Positions 21,301 through 32,322 of a DNA stretch of 64,000 bases are shown here, one piece after another (the first letter of the stretch is position 1; each line of letters starts with the position of its first letter). Below the pieces are notes generated by a model that saw only the letters and a program-made list of their open reading frames with translations, was not told the DNA's origin and did not search any database. The DNA lies in assembly GCA_965240325.2 (NCBI GenBank), contig OZ251239.1, positions 1,178,001-1,242,000 of the forward strand, read 5' to 3'. The stretch is from Rebecca billardiae RCC1528. Taxonomy: Eukaryota; Protista; Haptophyta. A program made the position numbers and the translations under genes.

Positions 21301-24300
21301 ACCAGGGTGAGTAGCACCTCCGCCGCGTTGGCGGGCACCTGCGGCAGCCCGAGCGTCGTGAGCGACGACCAGACGAAGTACGCGCAGATCGCGTACTTGC
21401 GCACGAGGCGCTGGCCGGGCTCGGAGGAGAAGGGCGGCGCGCCGTCGGCGGGGTCGGTGCCCGGGTGCGCTGGCACAATCCCGCCCACCGCCGCCGCGTC
21501 GGCCGCGTACTGCTCCGGCCACGCGGGCGCGAGCGTCGCCGCGAGCGGGGAGTACCCGAAGACGGCGAACGCGCACGTGCACACGTGCGCCGCGAGCGCG
21601 AGGATCGTGAGGTAGTGCACCAGCCCGTTGAGTAGGTTGTCGTCCGCCTTGTTCCGCGTCCACGCGACGTACTGCCGCCGGATGTATCGGACGTTCAGCA
21701 GCCTCGTGAGCCGCAGCCCGAGCACGACGATTGGCGGCGCGCCGAGCGCGAGCGCGAACAGGTCCTGCGGCCACGCGGCGAGCAGGTCCCACGCGAAACC
21801 CTTCGCCATGTAGTGCTCGGTGATCTTCGCCGGCTCCCACACCGTCGCCGAGTTGGCGTTCACATAAGTCGTGCGGAAGCGGAGGCCAATGCGCAGCAGG
21901 TAGAAGGCGCTCAGCGCGTGGTTGTGCGGGCCGAGCCACCAGCCGAGCGCGGACGCCTCCTCGAAGAAGCAGAGCTGCACGGGCATGAGCAGCGCGTCCC
22001 ACGCGGTGAGGCAGAGGAAGAGCCGCTCGATGCGCACGCTCGCCGCGCCGTCGTGCCGCAGCACGAGGCACGACGCGCCGCGCCGCGCGCCGCCCGCCAG
22101 CTCGCCGCCGCCATCCTCGCCCGTTGGACCGCCGGCCTGGCGCTCCTCGGCGCGCAGCGCGGCCGCGCGAGAGCGCAGCGCTCGCACGTAGCCGGTCCAT
22201 GTGGTGGGCGGCGGCGGCTCGTCGTCCTTCGAGCCCTTCGAGCCGTGCGAGACGCGCTGCTGCGACGCGCCCGTCGTCGGCGGCTCGGGCCGCACGTGCG
22301 CGTGCAGCTGCTCCTCCGACCACGCCGCCCACGCGCCGTGCCACGCGCCCTCGGGCACGTCGGCGGGCGCGCGCGCGATCGGCGCGCCCGCCTCGTCCGA
22401 CTCGGCCACGTCGACGAGCGCGGCGGCGTGCACCTCGGCGCCACCCAGCAGCTCCCCGCCGTCGAGGCGGCGCTGCAGCGAGTCCACGAGCGCGCCGAGC
22501 GCCGCCGCCGAGCCCAGCGCCTTGCCGAGCGCGAGCAGCGCCGCCGCCGCTGCCTCCGCGCCGCCGCCGCCGCCGCCCGCGTCGTCGTTGCCCTTCTGCT
22601 GCTGGCCGAGCGACGAGGTCGACGACTCGGGCGCCACCTTGGCCGCGCTCGCGCGCGCGTGCGCCAGCATCGCCGACACGCTCGCCCGCCGCTTCGGGTC
22701 GGCGCCGCCGGCGCGGTTGAGCTTGCTCAGGTCAAGGACAAGCGACGCGTCGGCCTCGGCCGCGCCGCCGCCGCCGCCGCCGCCGCCCGCCGCAGAGCGC
22801 GCGCCGTCGGCGTCCGCAGCGGCGTCGTCGTCGTCCTCCTCGTCCGCAGCGGTGGAGAGCACCCACGACGCGGCGCCCGCCATGAACTGCGCCGCCGTGA
22901 GCTTCTTCAGCCGAGGCACGCGCACGTCGATGTCCACCTCCTCGTCCCTGCCGAGCGCGGACGCGAGCTGGCCGAGCGCAGAGGAGCGGCGGCGGTGGCG
23001 GCGCATGAAGCTGCCGCCGTCGTCGGCGTCGGCGCCGTCGCCGGCGCCGTCCGCTGCCGAGCGGCTGGGCTGCCGGCTGCGCCGCGCGCCGCCGAAGCCG
23101 TCGGCGACGTCCGCTGCCGAGCGACTGGTCTGCCTGCTGCGCCGCCCGCCGCCGAAGCCGCCGCCGTCCAGTCCGTCGCCGGCGACATCCGCAGAGCGAC
23201 TCGGCAGCCTGCGCCGCCCGAGGTCTGACGGGCTGACCTCCCTGCTGCCGTGCGCGCCGCCACGCACCACCGACGAGCGACGGCGCGCCTTGGCGCCGCC
23301 ACTACCGCCGCCGCCGCCGCCGCCGAGCACTCCGACGTCGCCCGCCGCCGAGCCGAGCCGCCGGCGCTCAAAGCGCGCGTCGGCGCGGCCCGCCCGCACG
23401 CGGCCCTCCGGAGTCGAGCTGCCCGCGCCCGCGAGCGACGCCAACTCGAGCAGGTGGCGCAGCAGCGACTTGATGTCGTCGCCGCCCATCTCGCCGAGCC
23501 GCCCCTGCAGCGAGGCGACGTCGCGGATGCGGATCACGCGCTCGCCGCGCCGGTCGAAGCAGACGAAGAGGTCGCGCAGGAAGGCCGCCGCCTCGACCAG
23601 CGCTGCGGGCGGCTGCGCGCCATCCGTCTGATCGCAGTCTGAGCTGCGCTCCGAGCGCGAGGCGCCGCGCATGGGCGCGTCGAGTGCGCTCGAATCGTCA
23701 TCGCACGTCGGCGGAGGCGAGGAGCCCCCCGCCGCCGCGTCGGCGCGCGAGCGCCTGTAGGCGCCCCAGAAGCCGCCGCAGCTCCGCCTCGGCTCGGCGA
23801 AGCTCCCAGAGGCGGCGTCCGACAGCTCGGCGCCGAGCAGCGAGCCCTCCGCCGCCGCCGGCGACGACTGGGCAATTACCGGCATGGTCTGGGCGGGACG
23901 TGCGCGGGGTGCGGCCGCGCACGCGCCGTGCACGGTGCGCGGTGCGGACTCGTCAGCGTCGGTCACGATGCGGCGGGACGAGCTCCCGCTCGAGTCGCCC
24001 GACGCGGTGCTGCTCGCCCGGGCACCAGCCGCCCGCTGCACGCCCGCCGCGCCCTCGCCTGCGCCGGCGCGGCCGCCCTCGCGCGCCGCCGCCGCGCTCC
24101 GGCGCCCGGCGGCGGGCGAGAGTCGAGCGAGCAGACCAGCCACCTTTGGCGAGGCCAGCGGCGCGGAGCCGCCGTCCGCGTCCGCCGCGTCGAGCGCCAG
24201 CCGCCCGCTCGCCGCCGCCTCGGCGCCGACGATGCGCGACGAGCGCACCGACCTGCTCGGGCTGCGCAGCCACATCGGGCTTGCCGGCGCGTCGGCCGCG

Positions 24301-26447
24301 CTCGCCGCCGCGGCGCGCGGGCGCGCGCGCTTGCTCGACTGACGGCCGGCGGCCGCGGCGCTCGACGTAGTGTCGGAGCGGCGCGTGAGCGCCGCCATGA
24401 AGGTCTCGGAGAGGAAGAGGCACACGTGGCCCACCTCCGAGAGGTAGAGCACCGTCCCCTCCTGCTCCGCGCCGGCCGTGGGGCCGGGCCCATCTGCGCC
24501 GCGCGCCGCGTCCGCCGGCTGCGCTCGGCCGAGCGGCGCCGGCGGCGCCGCCGAGTGCAGCTCGGCGGCGTTCGCGTGGCGCGTGGCGAAGAGCGGCGCT
24601 TCGGGCTCGGCGTCGTCGACGGCTTCCATGCTGATGGCTGGCACGCCGAGCGTCGCGCGCGCCGGCGAGCCGGCGCCGCCCTCCGCGGCCGCCACGCCGC
24701 CCGCCTCATGCCGCGCGGCCGCACCCTCGGCGGCTGGCCGAGCGCCCGCGCCCACGCCGACGCCGGCGACGCGCGTGCCTGGCCCGACGAGTAGGGTGAG
24801 CTGCGCCGCCACCTCCTCGAGCGTGGCGAGCGCGTCGACGCTCGAGAGCGCGCACACCTCGCGCAGCAGGCCGAGCGCCGCCTGCCGCTCGGTGTGCGCG
24901 CGCCCCGCCGCGCCCATCCGCGCGAGCCGCTCCGCCGGCAACCGGCGGCCAAACTCGGAGCGCAGCAACTCGAGCCCCGCCTCGGCGCGCGGCAGCCGCA
25001 GCACGAGGCGCGTGAACTGCTGCGCGCCCTCCGTCGAGAGCGGCGGCGCGCCGCCGGCGCCGCCGCCTCGCTTGCCGCCGCCCGCCGCCTCGCCGCCGCC
25101 GCCGCCGCCCTCCTCGTCCGACGAGCCCGAGCCGGAGCTGTGCGAGCAGGAGTCGCCGCCGCCCCTCCCGTCTTCGGAGTCGTCGTCGTCCACGTCCGAG
25201 TCCGGGTCGTCCTCATCTGAGTCCTGCTCGCGCTCGGTGGCGTAGTTGGCGATCCAGTCGTCGACGCAGCGGGGCAGCCGCTTGACGAGCACGGTCTGCG
25301 CGTGCTGGAGCGCGCTGAGCTGCGCGTCGAGCGCGGAGAGCGCGTGCCCCAGCTGCTGCTGGTTCGTCAGCGCCGCCTGCTCCCACTTGGCGCGCCGCCG
25401 CTTCCGCCGCCACAGGTTTCGGTTCACAGCAAACATGTCCTGCGCGAGCGCGCCGGCGAGCAGCGCGCCGAGCTCGGCGTCGTCGGCGAAGGCCTCGGGC
25501 AGCCGCGCCGCGCACGTCTGCGCGATCAGCGCCGCCACCTCGTTGTTCCGGCTCAGCGCCTCCACGAGCGGCGACGCGCCCCAGCGGTCGACCGCGGACA
25601 CATCGGCCATCGCGTCGAGCAGATACGCGACGGCCGTGATTGAGCCGGAGGCGGCGGCGACGTGGAGTGGCGTGCGGCCGTCGTAGCCGCGCGCGTCGAC
25701 GGAGGCGCCCGACTCGACGAGGAACTGCAGCTTCGCCGCGTCGCCCGACGCGGCCGCCGTGAACAGCTGCTCGGTCAGCGCCACGCGGTTGGGCACCGCG
25801 CCGGCGCGCACGAGCAGCTGCGTCACGAGCGTGTGCTCCGCGCGCATAGCCGCGTCGACCGGGCTGTGGCCCCAGCTGTCGCGCGCGTTGGCGTCGGCGA
25901 GGCGCGAGATGAGGTACTCGACGATGCGCAGGTTGCCCGTCGCCGCCGCGAGGTGCAGCGCCGTGCGCCCGTCGTGGTTCGCCGCGTTGAGGCTCACGCC
26001 GTGCTCGAGCAGCGCGCCGACGTGCTCGACGTTGCCGCTCGCGGCTGCGGCGCAGAGCGCGGCCGCGGGGCGCGCGAGCTCGGCGACGGCGCCAAAGGCG
26101 CGCAGCTCGTGCGCGACGGCGTGGTGCTCGCTGCGCAGCGCCTCCGCCATCGGCGTCGCGCCCCACCGGTCGCGCGCCTCCACGTCCGCGCCGAGCTGGC
26201 ACAGCAGCACCGCCACCTTGTCGTTGCCCTCGGCCGCGGCTAGGTGGAGGGTCGTGCGGCCATCGTAGTTGCCGACGTTCAGGTCGGTGCCACGGCGCAC
26301 GAGCGCGCGCACCGTCTCGACGTCGCCCTCGGAGGCGGCGGCGACCATCTGCGCGAGCGACTCCTCGTTGCGCGCGACGATCGCCGCGCGGATCAGCTCG
26401 CGCAGCGCCTCGTGCTCCTCGCGCTCCGCGTCGTCGAGCACGCCGCC

Positions 26448-26478
<31 letters not shown>

Positions 26479-28259
26479 CCGTCGGCCGCGTCCGCGCCGC
26501 TCGGCTCGAGTCCAAACCGGTGGAGGATGTTGCGCAGGATGAGCTCGGCCTGCTCGGGGTACGAGGCGATGAGCTCGTCGTACTCGGCGCCCGCGAGCAC
26601 GAGCAGCGTCACGTCGCCCGACGCCGTCGCCACCACCGTGTACGGCTGGTGGATGCCGAGGAAAAACGAGAGCTCGCCGACGACTGGCCCGGCGGTGCCG
26701 AGGTCGGAGCGGAGCGTCGCGACGTGCGCGTCGCCCGAGCGCACGGCGAGCGAGCCGCCGACGCACCAGAGGAGCTCGCGCGCGCCGTCGCCCTGGCTGA
26801 AGATGGTCTCGAGCGGCATCGCGTACCGCTCCTTGAGCACGATCACGATCTGGTCGAGCAGCTGCGCCGAGCATCGCGCCAGCACCCACGTCGCGTGCAC
26901 GTGCCGGTAGTGCTGCGCGGCGGCGACGCGCAGCTTGAGCGAGAGCGGCAGCTGCTCGAAGATCTTCTCGGTGCCGGAGGCGGCCTTGCGGTGCTGGAAC
27001 TCGAAGTGCGCGCGCATCTTGCGCACCACGCCCGGCGGGAGCGAGCGCTTCGCGCCGTACTCGTCCACCGCCTTGAGCAGCTCTTTGAAGTGCAGAGTGT
27101 TCTCGTCCACCCTAACCAGGTAGTGGAAGAGCGTGCCGAGCACGAACGCGTAGAAGACGATCTGCACGACGCAGATGAGGACGGCGAAGAGGAGGTCGGC
27201 GAGGCGCACGAAGGTGAGCGTGCCGTACCCCATCGCCGTGACGCCCGCCGACGCCATGAAGAGCGAGAGCAGATACCGCTTCGACTCGGACGCGGCGGCG
27301 GGCGCGAAATCGGGGTTGCCCGCGAGCAGCTCGAGCTGCGCCGGCCACGCGGGGAGCGTGTCGGCGCCGCCCTCGCTCACCTCGGCGAGGAGCCACCAGG
27401 CGCACGCGATCCAGTGCGGCACGGCGAGGAGCACGAGCGAGAACTTGAACGTCGCGAGGAACCGCACGTTCGTCCCCAGGTCCGAGTTGATGCGGCGCAT
27501 GTACACGAAGAGATCGTGCGCGCGCACGCACCGGAAGAGCTGCGCGACGAGCCACAGCGCGAGCGCGCCGCCGAGGAGGAAGTGCGCGCGGCCCGCGTGG
27601 AGCAGGCCGATCGTGAGCACGTCCAGCGCGAGCCGAACCCGCGTGAGCGACGCCTCGCCCGCGCCGTCCCGCTCGTCCGCGGCGGGCGCGGCGAGCGCCC
27701 TGCCGCCGCCCGAGCCACCGGCGGCCGCGCCGGCGCGGCCGCCCGCGCGGCGCGCGGCCGCGGAGCTCGAGGCGGAGGCGGCGGCGCGATCCGCGAGCGC
27801 CGCGCGCCGCTGATCGTACACCCGCGCGCACAGCGCCACCATCTCGAACACGTCCACGCCGACGTCGAGCGCGATGAAGAGCGGCGAGCCGAGCGGGAGC
27901 ACAGGGAACGCCACGCGCACCGGGATCACAAAGAACTCGTACGTGAGCTGCGGCAGGCGGAGCGAGCGGTAGACGGCGAGCCAGCGGCCGCGGAGCTCGC
28001 GCTCGCGCTCCAGCTGCGCGGTGCGCCGGGCGTCCTCCTCGCCGCCGTCGTCGCCGTCGTCACCGACCAGCTTCTCGCGCCACTTGACGCTCAGGTGAGC
28101 GCGCCGCGGCGCGGCGCCGGCGCGCCGCAGGATGCCATGAGGGCCCTCGTCGCGCGGCGGCGCCGCCGCGCGCAGCGTCGATGCCCGCCTCGCCGCAGCA
28201 GCCGCGCCCGCTGCCGCGTCGCGACGGAGCGCACCGGGCAAATGAAGGAGGGAGGGCAT
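18309..28259 (-). CDS. Tandem two-module cation/K+ channel: [6TM-pore-CNBD-ankyrin repeats] x2, AKT/Shaker-plant-like modules
   Basis: Module 1: S4-like LFRCVRAHDL, pore TAMGYG (27222-27239), CNBD IFSQGD...VGELSFF, ankyrins NYDGRTTLHLAA, NHDGRTALHLAA, GYDGRTPLHVAA. Module 2: S4 LRLTRLLNVRY, pore TTLGLPQ (21339-21359), CNBD LFRTGEP...VGELPF, ankyrins DYDDRRPLHVAA and others. Frame-preserving GT-AG introns predicted at 20487-20702, 20094-20264 and 18708-18803; the last intron (~18540-18673) is uncertain. Confidence 0.9.
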
Positions 28260-28893
28260 GATCGTCCCGCGGTGCAGTGCTTGACGGCTGCGAGGAGCCG
28301 CCAGTCGCGCGCCCACGGGCACAGGCGAATCTGCTATCGAGGATTATTGATTTTGACGAGTCGTTTCATACTGCTTGTACTCGACGATGATAAGGCCATC
28401 TGATTGGTGCCTGAGCCGAGTGTCCCGCGAAGACATACCAAGCGGCATTATGAATCACCGAACCTGAAACCCTTTTCTCTAAAAGTATTCTTTCGTCACT
28501 ATGATCATACTCGGTTGCAGAATTTAGAAAGTATCCGGTTGTCCGACTCTCTGAAATGGTGAAATGAGTGAAAGCTCGTCAAAAGTATATGGGGGTATGC
28601 AAAATCAGGCGGGTACATCCAGTGATCCAGAACGTCGTCGCAACGTGCACGCATATTTGTTTTGACGCGTGTCCCAGGGACGCGCGTCCCAGGACGACCA
28701 GGACCCTTTCGCTGAATATGAATGATGATTCACCAGCGAATCCCGGTTCGAGTGCACCCCTCTGTCGTCAGCCGGCGTGCTCCCTCGGGCAATGGATGCC
28801 GCGGATGCCGCGGACGACAGCCGCCAGACACCGTGCCGCCGCCCGGCCCGGTCACGGTTGAGTCGCGCCAGCCAGACGCCCGGGCATGATCGA

Positions 28894-29270
28894 TCAGCTG
28901 GACCCGCCAGGCTTCTTAGGCTGCTTAGGGCGAGGCTCGTCCGCCGGCGGTGCCGGTGGCGCGGCGGCGTCGTCCGCGGCTGCCGGCGACGCGGCGGGGC
29001 CCGCGGGCGGCGGCGGCGGGAGCGCACGCACGATCGCCTTGAGGAAGGCGAGCATGTCCTCCGGCCCGTGCAGCGCGTGCCGCGCGAGGCTCACGCCGCC
29101 GCCCACCTTGAGCGTGATCGCCTCCGCGCGCGCGGACACGGCCTGGAACATGGACTCGTCCGTGCGGTCGTCGCCCGCGACGACGATGTGGGCATACCGC
29201 CGGTCGGGCGCGGCGGCGGCGGCGGGGGCGCGCGCGGCGCGCGACGCGGGCCCCTTCGCGCCGCCCGCCC

Positions 29271-29302
<32 letters not shown>

Positions 29303-32067
29303 GCGCTGCCGCCCGGCGCGCCCGGCGGCGCGCCCCCGGCCGCGTCCGCCTCGGCGTCCGCGAGCAGCGCCTTCACGACCGTCCCCTTCTGAACGTCGAT
29401 GGCGGACACCTCGACGATCATCTTGCCGTGCACCACCTCCACCGGCAGCCGGCCGTTGGCCACGACGGACGAGAGCCGCGCGAGCAGCGCGTGCGCGCTC
29501 CCCTTGCCCGCCACGCCGCTCACGGCGGCGCGGTAGTGCCACACGAGCGACGAGCGCTTCTCCTCGACGTGTGTGCCTGGCGTGCGCCGCATCGAGTCGA
29601 GCATGGCGGCGCGCACCTGCGACTTCCAAGAGTCGTCGGCGGCGGGCGCAATGAACGTGGCCCAGCCGTCATCCTCAGGAGCGGCGGCGGCGCCGCCGCT
29701 GCCGCCGCCGCCGGTGGCGCTCGAGGACGAGGACGAGCGCTTGGGCCGGCGCGGCGTGCGCGCCGCGCTGCCGCCCTCCGGCGCCGCCGCGGCCGCGCCG
29801 CCCGCCGCGGGCTCGCGCGCCGCCGCCGCCAGCGCCGCCGCGCCGCGCGCGCCGCCCGCCGCGTCGGCGCTCGGCGCGGCCGCGGCCGCCTGCGCCGCCG
29901 GCCGCTTGATCAGCCGGCCGTGCTCCCCCACGAGCCAGAAGGTTCTGTACCGGCCGAGGTGGCGCTCGAGGAAGTCGGAGGTGCGGCCGGAGACAATTGC
30001 TACGTCGACTGCACGGCGGCGGGCGGGCGGGCGGCAGCGTGGGGGTCGAGCGAGTGGCGGCGTGGGCGTGCCGCGCGCGCGCGCGCGTGAGGGCACACTC
30101 AATCCATCCATCCATCGATGCCCGGCGCCGCGCGCGCCGCGCGGCGCGAGCGAGCGCGCGCGGCGCGCGCAGGCCGGGTCGCACCCTTCTCGCACTCGTC
30201 GAGCTTAGCCAGGAGCGCGTGTAGCGCGGCGGAGGGCCGCGCGGCCTCGGGCGCCGACTCAAACCCGCGGAGAGTCCCGTCGTAGTCGAGGTACAGCGCG
30301 ACGCGCCGGCCGGCCGCGACCGCCGAGCCGATCGCCGCTGCCCACGCGCGCAGCTGGCGCGGCGCGGCGGTGGGCGGGTCCAGCGCCACCGCGGCGGCGA
30401 GCGCCGGGCGCACCGTCGCCGCCCACGAGCGGAGCGCCTGTGGCGAGTCCGTGCCGGCGTCCGCGTCGGCGGCGGCTGCGCGCGGCCGGCGCGTGCGTGC
30501 CGCGCCGGCCGAGGGCGCGCCCGAGGCGACGGCGGTGGCGAGCGCGGCCGCGCGCGGCGGGTGCGCCGCGGCGGCGCTCACCGCCGCGGCCGCGGCGGCC
30601 TCGGCGCGCGAGCGCGCCGCGGGCGCGCCGCGCGCGCGCGCGTGCGGGATGGGAGGCAGCGGCGCTGGCGGCGCGAGCGCGGGCGCGGGCGCGTCGTTGC
30701 CGAGCGCGGCGGCAAACGCCGACTCTGCCGCCGCGCCCGCCGCGACGCGGTGCTCAGCGGCGGCGGCGGCGCGCTCCGCCTCCCGCACGTCCGCCAGCGC
30801 GTCGAGCAGAGCGAGCGCCTCCGTCTGCGTGTCCGCGCGCGACGCGGCCGCCGACGCGCGCCGGCCGACGCAGACGGTGAAGACATTCGCACCCGCCGCG
30901 CCGGCGGCGCGGCCGGCGCGCTGCGCCAGCGCGCCGCGCTCATCCTGCCCGCCTGCGCGCGCGTGGTGCAGCTGCGGCGCGGCGTGCGTCGTCACGAAGA
31001 CGTCGTCGTCGGCGACGGCGCAGTCGACAAGGGTCAGCACAAAGTCAAACTGCGGCGGCGGCTCCGCGCCCGCCGCCGCCGCCGGCTCGGCGCCAGCGGC
31101 CGCGGAGGAACGACCAGAGCGAGCGCTCAACTCGGCGAGGCCCGCCGCACCCGCGTGTGCGGCGGAGGCGACAGCGGCGCTGGTGGGACTGGCCCCGGCT
31201 GGCGGCGGACCATCGGCATCGGCTGTGGCCACCGCCGGCCCCGGCCTGCTGGGCGGAGGCGCCGCCGCGCCCTCCTCGGCACTCGCCGCCGTCGCCGCCG
31301 CGCCCGCCGCCGCTGCGCACCCGCGCTCCGCCGCCGCCGCCGCCTTGCTCGCGTCCGCGTCCGCAGCGCCGGCGGTGGGCACATCGCCGGCGCCATCGGC
31401 CGCACCCGCCTCGCCCGCCCCGTGGCCGCTCGCCGCCGCCGTGCTGCCCGCGGCGGCGGCGGCGGGAGCCGAAAGCCCCGGCAAGAAGCCCGCACCCGCG
31501 CCCGCCGCCTCCGCCGCTCGCGCCATCGCCTCCGCCTGCTCCGCCTCTCGCGCGAGCCGTGCTTCCGCGTCGGCGCGCGCCGCGGCCGCGCGGTCGTCCG
31601 CGTCAATCTGTCGCAGGATGGCGGCGAGCGCTCGGCCCTTGGACACACCGATGGCCTGCGAGGGGCGAGCACGCCGGGCGGCGGAGGAGGCGGGAGGCGC
31701 GGGTGTGGTCACGCGGACGCGCACGCGCGCGCGCGCGGCCGCATCTGCGCAGGCCGGCGGTGGCCTGGGTGTGGGCATACGGGGCAGGGCAGGGCGCGCG
31801 CACTCGCACGGACGGGGATGGCAGCAGGGCAGGCGCGGCGCGCGCACCCTCACGGTCACGGCGCCTTCGTCCCAGTGCACTTCGACCGGCAGGTTCGCCA
31901 GCAGTTGCTCCAGCGTCTGCACGAGCGATGCCGCGTGGACTTGACCAAGCTCGGCGGCCGCGGAGCTGCGCTGCTCCGCGAGCGCGGGGCCGGACGGGGC
32001 GGGGCCGACGCGCGCCGCGGACGCGCCCACGCCGCCGCCGAGCAGCTGCTCCTCAACACTCCCAGCA

Positions 32068-32099
<32 letters not shown>

Positions 32100-32290
32100 A
32101 CTGCCGGCCGCCGCGCCGCCGCCGCCGCCGCCGCCGCCGCCCTTGCGCTCAGTGGCTGCTGTCGGATAGTGCCAGGTGATGCACGTCTCCCGGACCTCCG
32201 TGAGCGATCCGGGCGTGCGCTCCTCGAAGTAGCGCACGACACGCGCCACGTTGGCGCGCCACCCGCCGCTGTCGCGCTCGGCGCCGCCCG

Positions 32291-32322
<32 letters not shown>

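Noticed and set aside
28351-28585. 10-bp inverted repeat TTTTGACGAG upstream of the channel gene
   Set aside because: Too short, no TSD; could be chance or promoter motifs.
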